Source of the DNA: Nostoc sp. | GTDB lineage: Bacteria; Cyanobacteriota; Cyanobacteriia; Cyanobacteriales; Nostocaceae | Reading direction: 5' to 3' | Length of the DNA stretch: 64,000 bases | Assembly (NCBI RefSeq): GCF_036917415.1 | Contig: NZ_JBALDJ010000114.1 | Coordinates: forward strand, 227,209-291,208 | Shown: positions 46,737-56,174 of the stretch, piece by piece | Layout: the number at the start of each line of letters is the position of its first letter | How positions within the stretch are numbered: position 1 is the first letter of the stretch | Position numbers and translations under genes: made by a program | The notes under the pieces: generated by a model | What the model was told of the DNA's origin: nothing | Database searches by the model: none | Seen by the model: only the letters and a program-made list of their open reading frames with translations

Positions 46737-48227
46737 TTACAGAGTTTTCAGATACTCAATCAAAGCTTTTTTATTCTCATCAGATAAATCAGTGCCATAA
46801 ATATGTCCCTGATTTGAATTAGCAGTTACCGTCGTATCGTATTTAAAACCTATAGCTTTGGCTTCATCTCCCTCAGTAATGAAACCAACTTTTTTCGGGT
46901 CGTAGACATCATATCCCCGATAGAAAACTTGAGGACGATTCTCTGGTTTTTCTAACAAATTTTGTAGAGATGGGACTGAACCATTATGTAAATATGGCGC
47001 TCTTAACCATAATCCATCTAGGGAAACAGATACATACCCATTGGTTTTACGTAAGTTTTTAAAGTCCCAAGGGTAGCCATCACCAAAATGATTGTAAGTA
47101 TCTGCTCCTTCTTGCGTCCACATATCTAACCGATGGCGGTCAGTTCCCACTTCTTCCACAGGGATAACAGTACCCGTTCTTTCCCCACCAAAAGCGTGAC
47201 AAGATGCACAAGTATTAGCAAAAATTTGACTTCCTTTTGCAGCCACTTGCCGATCAACTGCAAATGGATACTTGGGAGGTGGTAGTTCTTGAATAAAATC
47301 TTCTACCCGTTGTAAATCGGCTACAGGAAGTGATTTTTTGGTAGCACCATCACCAATTGCTCCAGTTTGAACAGTTTCTGTTAGTGAAGTTTCTAACCCA
47401 TCCCAATGGAGTGCAAATCCTTTGTGCATCTTTTGATTCCAAAGAGGCATCATATCAGAGTTACCGATAGTGTTATCTTTGGGCAACTTCAAAGTATTGA
47501 ATTTAACCGGATTAAAAGGGTCAATTCGACCAGGGCCCCAATTAGGACGAGAATCTGTCCAACTATAGTCTTCTTTTTGTTGCAGCAGCGCTTTCTTAGT
47601 TTGAGGAATTAGCAGATAGCGATAAAGTAAATTTTCTAACCACGAAAGCTGATAGTTATATTTGATTTCATCAAGGATATAATCTGCTGTAAATCTGGCA
47701 TCACCAGCAGTTGCACTCAAAAATCGTAAATAGCCTTGTGAATCAAACTTATTAGCAGGAGCAGCGGCCACAATTGTGGGTTTATCTTTCTCTGTTTTTC
47801 TGTAGGTGGCAGTATGGCAAACAGCGCAAGTTATACCGACGCGAGGAAAGCCAATGGTTTTTTTCGTAAACCCAACTGGCATTTCTTTACCCTCTTCCCA
47901 TGTGATTCCCAAGGAAGTATAACCACCTGGCCCTGGTAATTTATCAGGGAATATTCGTGGTAGTACCAGCCAAATCCAATAGGGAACACCTTGCGCTTCT
48001 TCTGTGCCAATAGAACCATATTTAAAGTGTTCTTCAGGCGATTCATAATATGTAGGAACCTCTCGAAAAAGGTTGTACCATCCCACATATCCAACTACAC
48101 CAGCTAAAAGGATCGCAATTAAAACAATGGTTGTGATTACCCTACCTATTTGATTTTTGAGTATTGTCATGGCACTCTTTTGCTCCTTTGCAGAAGAATC
48201 TGTTTGTAGTGGAGGCAATATACCCAC
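46737..48227 (-). CDS. Membrane-anchored di-heme cytochrome c protein, RoxA/FadCCP-like (paralog B)
   Basis: N-terminal TM, CAVCH and CASCH heme motifs, RAPYLHNGSVP. Alternative start at 48170. Confidence 0.82.
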   Translation of the reverse strand: MGILPPLQTDSSAKEQKSAMTILKNQIGRVITTIVLIAILLAGVVGYVGWYNLFREVPTYYESPEEHFKYGSIGTEEAQGVPYWIWLVLPRIFPDKLPGPGGYTSLGITWEEGKEMPVGFTKKTIGFPRVGITCAVCHTATYRKTEKDKPTIVAAAPANKFDSQGYLRFLSATAGDARFTADYILDEIKYNYQLSWLENLLYRYLLIPQTKKALLQQKEDYSWTDSRPNWGPGRIDPFNPVKFNTLKLPKDNTIGNSDMMPLWNQKMHKGFALHWDGLETSLTETVQTGAIGDGATKKSLPVADLQRVEDFIQELPPPKYPFAVDRQVAAKGSQIFANTCASCHAFGGERTGTVIPVEEVGTDRHRLDMWTQEGADTYNHFGDGYPWDFKNLRKTNGYVSVSLDGLWLRAPYLHNGSVPSLQNLLEKPENRPQVFYRGYDVYDPKKVGFITEGDEAKAIGFKYDTTVTANSNQGHIYGTDLSDENKKALIEYLKTL

Positions 48228-48259
48228 ACTAGACTAGGTATAAAATTAGGAGAATTGCT

Positions 48260-48670
48260 TCACTGGAATTGCAGCGATCGCATTTTGCTACGCATTGCTA
48301 GTGTCAGAAGAATTACTTCCGCTAATCCAAAAAACAGGTCTACAAAGGCAATGGATAAAAATCCTTTATCTTGCCCAAAGAAAAACACTGCACAAATGAA
48401 AAATGTCGATCCAAAAGCTCTTGAAGGAAATATTGATATCCAGGCGGTTGCTTGATATCGGTACGGATCAAGTGCTCCAGGAACATAAAATGCACTAATA
48501 ATAAACAACAACATTCCCGCAGCGCGAACCCAGATAATTGGCACTGGTATATGCATTTGAAGGAACGTCAGCATTAGTTCTGGAAAGAAGCAAGAGGGAA
48601 TGACAAAAAGCATATTAACAATAATGCCAAGCCAAGTAACGCGACTAAACCATTTAGCGTAATTATTCAT
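48260..48670 (-). CDS. Small four-TM membrane protein
   Basis: 136 aa with four hydrophobic segments. Sits 12 and 32 bp from the two di-heme genes. Confidence 0.8.
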   Translation of the reverse strand: MNNYAKWFSRVTWLGIIVNMLFVIPSCFFPELMLTFLQMHIPVPIIWVRAAGMLLFIISAFYVPGALDPYRYQATAWISIFPSRAFGSTFFICAVFFFGQDKGFLSIAFVDLFFGLAEVILLTLAMRSKMRSLQFQ

Positions 48671-48682
48671 TTTTCTCTCCTT

Positions 48683-50149
48683 TTAAAGCTTTTTCATGTA
48701 CTCAACTAGTGCATCTTTATCTTCTGTGGGAAGTTCAACACCATACAAGTGACCACTGTTACTATTTCCAGGTTTTGTGGTATCGAACTTAAAGTATTGT
48801 TTACCGTCTTCTACACCGACATCAGATACAAAACCAACTTTTGCTCTGTCAATCACATCGTAGCCACGATAGAATTCTTTGGGTCTATTTTCTGGTGTTT
48901 CTAGTAAATCTCGTAAGGTCGGGACTGAGCCATTGTGCAGATAAGGGCCGCGTAACCAAACACCATCAAGGGGCATATTTGCATAGCCATTCGTTTTGCG
49001 GAAATTCTTAAAGCGCCACGGATAGCCTGTATACAGAGTATTTTGATTAGACATCGTTTTGTAGGTATATGAGTCGAGACGATGGGGGTCTGTACCAATT
49101 TCTTGAATTGGTACAACTTTGCCTGTATAAGCACTACCAAAAGCATGACAACTAGCACAATTACTTTCAAAAAGTTGTTCTCCCTTCACTGCGATAGTTT
49201 CGTTAACTTCGTAGGGATATTTTGGTGGTGGTAGTTCCCAAAGCCAATCGGCAACTCTCTGAATTCGAGGCAAATCAATCGTTGTGGGCGTGACTCCAGC
49301 GCCTAAAGCCGCACTCTTATTTCGTTCATTAACGGAAGTGTTATTACCATCCCAATGTAACTGCAATCCTTCACGGGGTTTTTGATTCCAAACTGAGGGA
49401 AAATCAGAAGTACCAATCAGTTCATCCTCACGCAATTTATCCATTGGGAAATGGAATTGAATTGCTTTATAAGGATTAAAAGTATCTACTCTTCCTGGTC
49501 CCCAATCTGGTTGTTTTTCAACGAAATCAAGTCGAGATGCCTGATTAATTAGTGCATCTCTAGTTTGAGGAATTGCAATGAAGCGATAAAGTAATTTTTC
49601 AACGGGATTAAGACCGCCACTAATTTTTTCAATTTCTGGCAACATCCGGTTAGCAGTAAAGCGCTCATCTACACCAACTGCTGATAAGAATTTGATATAT
49701 CCCTGCAAATTAACCACATTAGCAGGCATTGTTGTGATGACTTGATGTTCGCTATTAGGGGTATTTCGCAGCGTTCCTGTATGACATACAGCACAATTCA
49801 ACCCAACTCTATCGATAAAGACTCGCCGTTGCGAAAAACCTATAGGTAAATCTTTGTCAGGTTCTTTGATAAATCCCAGAGAAGTATAACCTTTTCCAGG
49901 TAATTTATCTGGGAATAATTCTGGTAAAACTTTCCAAATCCAGTAAGGGACACCATTGACTGGTTCGCTGCCGATTGAACCATATTTAAAGTGGTTTTCA
50001 ATATCAGCATAATCCACTGGAGAGTTAGACAAAACAGGCCAAAGGAAAAATACTGCTACTGCTACAATACCTACAATCACAACCCAAATCCGCTGGAAAA
50101 CTCCCTTGATTGAGGTTGAAAGTAGGGTAGGGTTTGTTTGTTCAGTCAT
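48683..50149 (-). CDS. Membrane-anchored di-heme cytochrome c protein, RoxA/FadCCP-like (paralog A)
   Basis: N-terminal TM, CAVCH and CASCH, RGPYLHNGSVP. Shares HFKYGSIG..GVPYWIW and WGPGR.D.FNP with paralog B. Confidence 0.82.
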   Translation of the reverse strand: MTEQTNPTLLSTSIKGVFQRIWVVIVGIVAVAVFFLWPVLSNSPVDYADIENHFKYGSIGSEPVNGVPYWIWKVLPELFPDKLPGKGYTSLGFIKEPDKDLPIGFSQRRVFIDRVGLNCAVCHTGTLRNTPNSEHQVITTMPANVVNLQGYIKFLSAVGVDERFTANRMLPEIEKISGGLNPVEKLLYRFIAIPQTRDALINQASRLDFVEKQPDWGPGRVDTFNPYKAIQFHFPMDKLREDELIGTSDFPSVWNQKPREGLQLHWDGNNTSVNERNKSAALGAGVTPTTIDLPRIQRVADWLWELPPPKYPYEVNETIAVKGEQLFESNCASCHAFGSAYTGKVVPIQEIGTDPHRLDSYTYKTMSNQNTLYTGYPWRFKNFRKTNGYANMPLDGVWLRGPYLHNGSVPTLRDLLETPENRPKEFYRGYDVIDRAKVGFVSDVGVEDGKQYFKFDTTKPGNSNSGHLYGVELPTEDKDALVEYMKKL

Positions 50150-50215
50150 GAAACACTCCCCATTTTGTCGAGATTATTTGTAAGCGAAATTGTCGATGTG
50201 ATCCGCATCGCTTTT

Positions 50216-51610
50216 TTATCTAGATAAATTTGCAAACTGAGTTTCATGAAAGACTGACATTACTTCTTCCATCATCTCTTCATAACTATTGAAGCGATCC
50301 TGTTCGTAACAGCCCAAGGGATTTTCAATTACATTCAGCAGACATTTATTGCAATAGGTACAGGGTTTATCTGCCAGGTCTTTACCTGCTTTAAAAGATT
50401 TAACTAGATCATTGTTAGCAATTAATGTACGAGCCATTGTGACGCCATCGCAATAATGTTCGTTAATTGCCTGACGAATATAAGAAGCTTGTTGTAAACC
50501 ACCTGTACATAATACGGGAATATTAACGTGCTTTTTAATTTCTCTGGAATCTAGTAAGTTCCTGCCTTGGTTCTCTATTAGTAGCTGTTTGATTTTAGGG
50601 TCTTTTACATCATCACCACTAAATGCTTGAGGAGGTAATTGCTTTTTCACACGATTCCATAAAAAATTGAACAGTGGATGCAAAAATGCTTTGCGAAATA
50701 AAATGTAGTTGCGTGTGGTTTCGACACCACTTGACAACATGGCATCATAAGTTTTAGTAATTACATCAAAATTAAAATCACCAATGGGATTGAGTGGGTG
50801 AGGAAATAAGCTACCAGTTGACACATGGACGGCATCAGCCCCAGCTTCTTCTGCCCATTGACAAACTTGGATGGAATCTTCTATGGTGTTACCTGGTTTT
50901 TCCCAAAAGGTGACGGCGTTGTTATAGTCAACGGCACTAATTTTGAATTGCAGGTGAAAGTCGTTGCCTACTTCTTTGCGGATTGCTCTAATTACATCTA
51001 GCAAAAACCGTGCTCGATTCTCTAATGAACCACCATATTCATCTTGACGGTCGTTAATTCCAGAACTGAGAAATTGGTTAAAAAGATATCCATTAGCACT
51101 GTGCAATTCCACTCCATCTAAACCTGCTTCACGGGCACGTCTAGCACCATCGGCAAAGTATTGGATTGTTTCTTTTATCTCTGTTAGTGTCATCGCTTGA
51201 CACAGAAAGCCGTGGAATGGCTCAGTTTGGCTGGTGGAACTTAACGCTTTTTTTCCTGAGTTCTCTATACCACCAATGTCCTGCTGTCGCCCAGAATGAC
51301 TTAGTTGCAAGATCAATTTACAGTCATATTCGTGGACTTTTTCTCCTACTTTTCGCCAAAAAGGAATGCGCTCATCGCAGTCTATTGTGGCGTAATTGGG
51401 CATAATTCGTCCCCGGATGGCGACTGGGACAAAGGAAGTAATAATAGCCCCCACACCACCACGAGCAAACTTTTCTTCCCAGTTGATTCGGGCTTGAGTA
51501 CCTGAACCATCATAGTTATCCCATCTTCCAGAAATACTTGAGCGAAATATCCGATTTTTTACTGTGAGATTACGGAATCTCAATGGTTCAAAGATAATAT
51601 CGTTTTCCAT
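50216..51610 (-). CDS. NADH:flavin oxidoreductase (Old Yellow Enzyme / dienoyl-CoA-reductase-like barrel)
   Basis: LTVKNRIFRS, ARGGVG, QLSHSGRQ, GLDGVELHSANGYLFNQFLS, C-terminal CTYCNKC. Confidence 0.9.
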   Translation of the reverse strand: MENDIIFEPLRFRNLTVKNRIFRSSISGRWDNYDGSGTQARINWEEKFARGGVGAIITSFVPVAIRGRIMPNYATIDCDERIPFWRKVGEKVHEYDCKLILQLSHSGRQQDIGGIENSGKKALSSTSQTEPFHGFLCQAMTLTEIKETIQYFADGARRAREAGLDGVELHSANGYLFNQFLSSGINDRQDEYGGSLENRARFLLDVIRAIRKEVGNDFHLQFKISAVDYNNAVTFWEKPGNTIEDSIQVCQWAEEAGADAVHVSTGSLFPHPLNPIGDFNFDVITKTYDAMLSSGVETTRNYILFRKAFLHPLFNFLWNRVKKQLPPQAFSGDDVKDPKIKQLLIENQGRNLLDSREIKKHVNIPVLCTGGLQQASYIRQAINEHYCDGVTMARTLIANNDLVKSFKAGKDLADKPCTYCNKCLLNVIENPLGCYEQDRFNSYEEMMEEVMSVFHETQFANLSR

Positions 51611-52038
51611 GTGTTCCTCTGTCTTTTATATTATTTCGGCAATAAAATTAGGCGTCAAAATTATTCGTAGCACTAACAGTCTCGCCAAAGAACTATTATT
51701 TCTAGTGTCTCTGGGAGGGCAGTTTTTTATGTCTACAAATCTACAGTGGCGATTTTCGGATGGGAGCGTTAAGTATTAAGTTTTTGTTACTTAAACTTAC
51801 CTACCAAGTTTCAGCATGGATATTTATCCTTATTGGTTTTTACAGTTATATAAAGACTTTTGCAGTTTGTAAAGCAATGGGATTTACAGAGCAATTCTTA
51901 AAAAAAGTGAAAATTTCCGTCTTTTATTTCTCTTAAAAGGTTAAGGCAACCTTAAAAGTAGCTGCTAACAATTTGTTACAAACCTAACCAAGTAGGTAGG
52001 AAATCGATACAACCATAGCAAATTGGTTATTGAACACC

Positions 52039-52054
52039 ATTGTAAATTTACAAT
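52039..52054. promoter_or_regulatory. Perfect 16-bp palindrome in the divergent promoter region (candidate operator)
   Basis: ATTGTAAATTTACAAT. Confidence 0.4.
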
Positions 52055-52278
52055 TTTTTAAATTTTTGATTTAGAAATGTATAAAAGTTTATTGATGACG
52101 TTTTGCAAATTTGTGTAGTAACTTCATATATAACGAACCTCAGTCAGGTACATTCTAAATCATCAAAATCTCCTAAGACTAAATCTGGAAAATGGGAAAT
52201 TAGTGATGAAGCATTAGTGTACCTCTGTAAAAGTGAGATGCAGTGGAAAAGGTTTAGGTGTTACAACCAGAGAGTTTT

Positions 52279-54288
52279 ATGAAAAAGACAAGTCTAATTT
52301 TTAAGGGCTGTCTGCTCGTCCTATTCGTGACTATGTTTATAGTCTGCGGCTTTTATGGAACGCCTACAGCTCTAGCCGATGAGTATAGTGAAACACCTGC
52401 GCCCATAAGTACTGAGTATTCGGATACGGGTGTATCTGAATACCCTGATAACTGTGAAGGTATCGGTTATCTCCCAGATTATACAAAGGAGAATTTGACA
52501 GATGCCGAAAAGCGGGGTCGTTGTACTTGGTACTTATGGACTGGCGGTAACGCCAAGTACTATCGCGATTTAGCGAAGCGAACGCATGGTGGTGTTGACC
52601 TGCTAAAGCTGATTGACTCGCGTGTGCATGACGAGCGATTGCAACGTTATGGCGCAATTAACGATCCTGGATGTGAAAAAGCAACAGCGCCAGATGAATA
52701 CGGTTTGTGGCTAGATAAGTGTAAAGACCGACTCTCAACTGGCGTTATTGGGTTGCGTAAGTTCCAAAACCCCAACTTCGACTCGGCAAAATGGAACCCT
52801 GTTGAATATGCCAAAACCTCACAAATTGAGCCTCCCTACGTAATCGGGCAGTCTTGTGCTATTTGTCACGTAGCATTAGATCCCCTCAATCCACCCAAAG
52901 ATAAGGAACACCCGAAATGGCAAAACCTTGTAGCAGCATTAGGTAATCAGTACATCAAGGAAAACAAATTATTTGCATCCAGCGTCGGGGAAAATAGTTT
53001 TGTTAAGCAAGTACTTGACTCTCAAAAACCGGGAACTTCTGATACTTCTCGGATTGCGACCGATCACATCAACAATCCGAATGCGATTAATTCCATTTTT
53101 AATTTAGGCGATCGCCCCAAATATCCAGAGGTGATGAACGATGGTTCAACCAAGGATGTCAATCATATTCTCAAGGATGGTGCAGACTCTACAGGAGTGC
53201 CAATTGCCTCATTACGCGTCTACGTCAACATTGGGATGTGCGGCGATTACTGGACAAGTCTCCATGAGCCTTTATTAGGCAGAACTCCCCAAAAACCTTT
53301 TGACATCGAAAAGGCACGTCAGGAGTGCGAAGGCTGGAGACAGACAGAAACACGTATGGCTGATGCCGAAGCATTCTTAAAAACCATTAAGCCGATGCAC
53401 CTGAAAGATGCACCGGCTGGTGAAAAGTTCTTGACTAAAGATGAAGAAGTTCTCAAACGTGGCAAGCTGGTTTTTGCCAGCACTTGTGCTAGTTGCCATT
53501 CCAGCAAAATGCCACCTGCTGCGATCGCTGCTGACTCCGAACAGGCTCAGAAATGGTACGAAGAGTCTGTACTCAGTAGTAATTTTCTCGACCACAACTT
53601 CTTGTCTGATGATCAGCGTTATCCGGTGACACTAATTGGTACCAATGCGGCGCGATCGCTAGGAACAAATGCCGCTAAGGGTCATATTTGGGATCAGTTC
53701 TCATCGAAGACTTACAAAGAACTGCCTTCACCAGGTACTTTGACGCTGTACAATCCCTTCGATAAGAAAAAACCCATCGAATTTAAGATACCTGACGGCG
53801 GTTTGGGATATTACCGTACACCTTCGCTAGTGAGCATTTGGGCAACAGCACCACTTCTGCACAACAACACGCTAGGACTTTACAACGAAGATCCTTCAGT
53901 CAAAGGACGTGTAGAAGCCTATACTGATGCTATGGAAAAGCTGCTGTGGCCTGAAAAGCGTGAGGGGATTATCAGCAGGACAGATCGAGATACCAAATTA
54001 GAGCTTCCCCCAGGAGATCCGAATCCGAGATTTAAACTTCCTGTTCCTAAAGGTACGCCTGTGAATTTGCTAGCAAGCATCAATATTAGAGAGGCGATAA
54101 CATCTCTCAATCTCAGCAGCCTTTTCCAAGACTTGAAACCAGGCGGTGGAATTAAGGGTAAGTTGGCACGTGTGCTTTTAAGAGCCAACAAATCTCCTGA
54201 TTTTGTGGAAGATGAGGGTCATTATTTTGGCTCAAATCTGCCAGATGAAGATAAGAAAGCGCTAATTGAGTTCGTGAAAACGTTCTAA
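52279..54288 (+). CDS. Exported di-heme cytochrome c protein, RoxA/FadCCP-like (paralog C, larger)
   Basis: Signal peptide ending ALA-D, CAICH and CASCH, YYRTPSLVSIWATAPLLHNN, GHYFG...DKKALIEFVKTF. Confidence 0.8.
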   Translation: MKKTSLIFKGCLLVLFVTMFIVCGFYGTPTALADEYSETPAPISTEYSDTGVSEYPDNCEGIGYLPDYTKENLTDAEKRGRCTWYLWTGGNAKYYRDLAKRTHGGVDLLKLIDSRVHDERLQRYGAINDPGCEKATAPDEYGLWLDKCKDRLSTGVIGLRKFQNPNFDSAKWNPVEYAKTSQIEPPYVIGQSCAICHVALDPLNPPKDKEHPKWQNLVAALGNQYIKENKLFASSVGENSFVKQVLDSQKPGTSDTSRIATDHINNPNAINSIFNLGDRPKYPEVMNDGSTKDVNHILKDGADSTGVPIASLRVYVNIGMCGDYWTSLHEPLLGRTPQKPFDIEKARQECEGWRQTETRMADAEAFLKTIKPMHLKDAPAGEKFLTKDEEVLKRGKLVFASTCASCHSSKMPPAAIAADSEQAQKWYEESVLSSNFLDHNFLSDDQRYPVTLIGTNAARSLGTNAAKGHIWDQFSSKTYKELPSPGTLTLYNPFDKKKPIEFKIPDGGLGYYRTPSLVSIWATAPLLHNNTLGLYNEDPSVKGRVEAYTDAMEKLLWPEKREGIISRTDRDTKLELPPGDPNPRFKLPVPKGTPVNLLASINIREAITSLNLSSLFQDLKPGGGIKGKLARVLLRANKSPDFVEDEGHYFGSNLPDEDKKALIEFVKTF

Positions 54289-54454
54289 GTACAGCTTTGT
54301 GTACAATCGTAGTGTTTTAAACGCTCCAGAGGCGCAGGGAATTCGCTACGAATTAATAAAATGTTGTACTAAGACAACTTGTCTGGATATTTTTCTCATT
54401 CCCAGATTTAACCTGGGAACGAGAAAAAATATTTATTAAATAGGAAGGATATAT

Positions 54455-55927
54455 ATGCAGTATTTACCAATCATCTTTGTTCGTGGATATGCAGGTACAC
54501 AAAAAGACGTTGAGCAAACAGTTGACGATCCCTTTTATGGATTCAATAGTGGTTCAACCCATATTCGAGTAGATGAGAAGGAAAATCCTCAGAAGTTTTT
54601 TTTCGAGAGTCCATTGCTGCGGCTAATGACCGATCATGGTTATCAACCGATTGTTGACAATCAGAATGTGAGCAATCAGATTAAAAGATTGTCCAATCAA
54701 CTTGATAAAACTATTTGGATCTATCGATTTTATGATATATCTACACCTAGTTTTGGCTCCTCAAGTGTAGTCCGACAGGAGATGGAGGAGATAGCTAAGG
54801 GTTTAAGAGACTTGATCCAAAATGTCAAGGAAACGACTGGTGCTGACAAAATTTATCTTGTAGCCCATTCGATGGGTGGTCTTGTTTGTCGCAGCTTGAT
54901 TCAAAAAATTTATCCAGAACAAGGCGATCAAGCTGCTGATAGCATTGACAAATTCTTTACCTACGCTACACCTCATGGTGGCATTTATTTTGAGGTTGGG
55001 AATGGCTTGCTCGAAAACCTTAGAGACACGTTCCAATTGAATAATTCTGATGACTTTGGCCCTCAACGGATGTACCAGTATTTAACACCTGATATCAAGC
55101 CCAAGGATGAATTACCCGATAACTTTCAGCTAGAAAAACTACAAAACATAGAGAATGCATTTCCACCAAACCGCGTTTTTTCTTTGATTGGCACTAATGC
55201 ACATGATTATGAAGAAGCTTTTGGTTTCTCACGCAAGACTGTGGGGGTGAAAAGTGATGGTTTAGTTCAGATTGATAAAGCTTATATCACGGGATCTCAT
55301 CGTGCTTATGTTCATCGCTCTCATGGTGGGCGTTATGGCATCTTGAACTCCGAAGAAGGTTATCAAAACCTGCAACGATTTTTGTTTGGTGATATCCAGG
55401 TGAAACTCTCTCTTAGCAATGTTGAGTTAAAAGACCTGGACAAGAATTTTTATCAACTGGAAACTAGGGTGGCTTTGCGTGGTCTTCCTATTCCTATATA
55501 TGAGCAAGCGATCGCTCATTATTGCCCAATTACACAAGAGTTAACCCGAACAGATAAACCTGTTCCTCTATTTACAGCTTTCTTAATCCCAAGAAACTCA
55601 GCCAATGACGATAATACCTGTAGATATGCTCTGCGTTTAGCACTGCATTCGTTCACAAAACAAGAGACGAATTGGTTACGCGACCATCATCTCGACCAAG
55701 TACCCGTGTGGTCTGACTATCTAATTACTGATATTGCCGAATCAAATAGCACTTATGAGGCTAAATACAGTTGGAATTCTGATGAAAAAGAGCCAGTAAC
55801 AAAGTTAAATCCGACTTCAGAATCCAGTTCGGGTGTATATGTTGCGTATGTTTACTTACCTGAACGCGGGCAAAAAGTTTTAGGAACAAATGCGGCAGTT
55901 CGTTTAGAAATTTCCCAATGGCAATAA
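54455..55927 (+). CDS. Alpha/beta-hydrolase (lipase/PGAP1-like) with an extra C-terminal domain
   Basis: IIFVRGY oxyanion strand, LVAHSMGGLVCR nucleophile elbow, ATPHGG, KSDGLV. Confidence 0.8.
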   Translation: MQYLPIIFVRGYAGTQKDVEQTVDDPFYGFNSGSTHIRVDEKENPQKFFFESPLLRLMTDHGYQPIVDNQNVSNQIKRLSNQLDKTIWIYRFYDISTPSFGSSSVVRQEMEEIAKGLRDLIQNVKETTGADKIYLVAHSMGGLVCRSLIQKIYPEQGDQAADSIDKFFTYATPHGGIYFEVGNGLLENLRDTFQLNNSDDFGPQRMYQYLTPDIKPKDELPDNFQLEKLQNIENAFPPNRVFSLIGTNAHDYEEAFGFSRKTVGVKSDGLVQIDKAYITGSHRAYVHRSHGGRYGILNSEEGYQNLQRFLFGDIQVKLSLSNVELKDLDKNFYQLETRVALRGLPIPIYEQAIAHYCPITQELTRTDKPVPLFTAFLIPRNSANDDNTCRYALRLALHSFTKQETNWLRDHHLDQVPVWSDYLITDIAESNSTYEAKYSWNSDEKEPVTKLNPTSESSSGVYVAYVYLPERGQKVLGTNAAVRLEISQWQ

Positions 55928-56174
55928 ATAAGTGCTTCTTGTTGTGTAGTCAGTGATTAGTTTTGTTTACTTAGCACTTGTTAATTATTTTAGAGAGATA
56001 ATAATCAAGGTTAAAGAGCGTTAAGTTAATAATGACTAATAACTAATGATTCATAAAAGACATAAGAGAAAAAAATGGAGAGATGCAGTCTACGTCTCTA
56101 TAAAGGTTCTGGATTAACACATAGTTATTTTAACCAGATATCTATTTATTTCAAGCTGTTAACAGAGGAAAATT

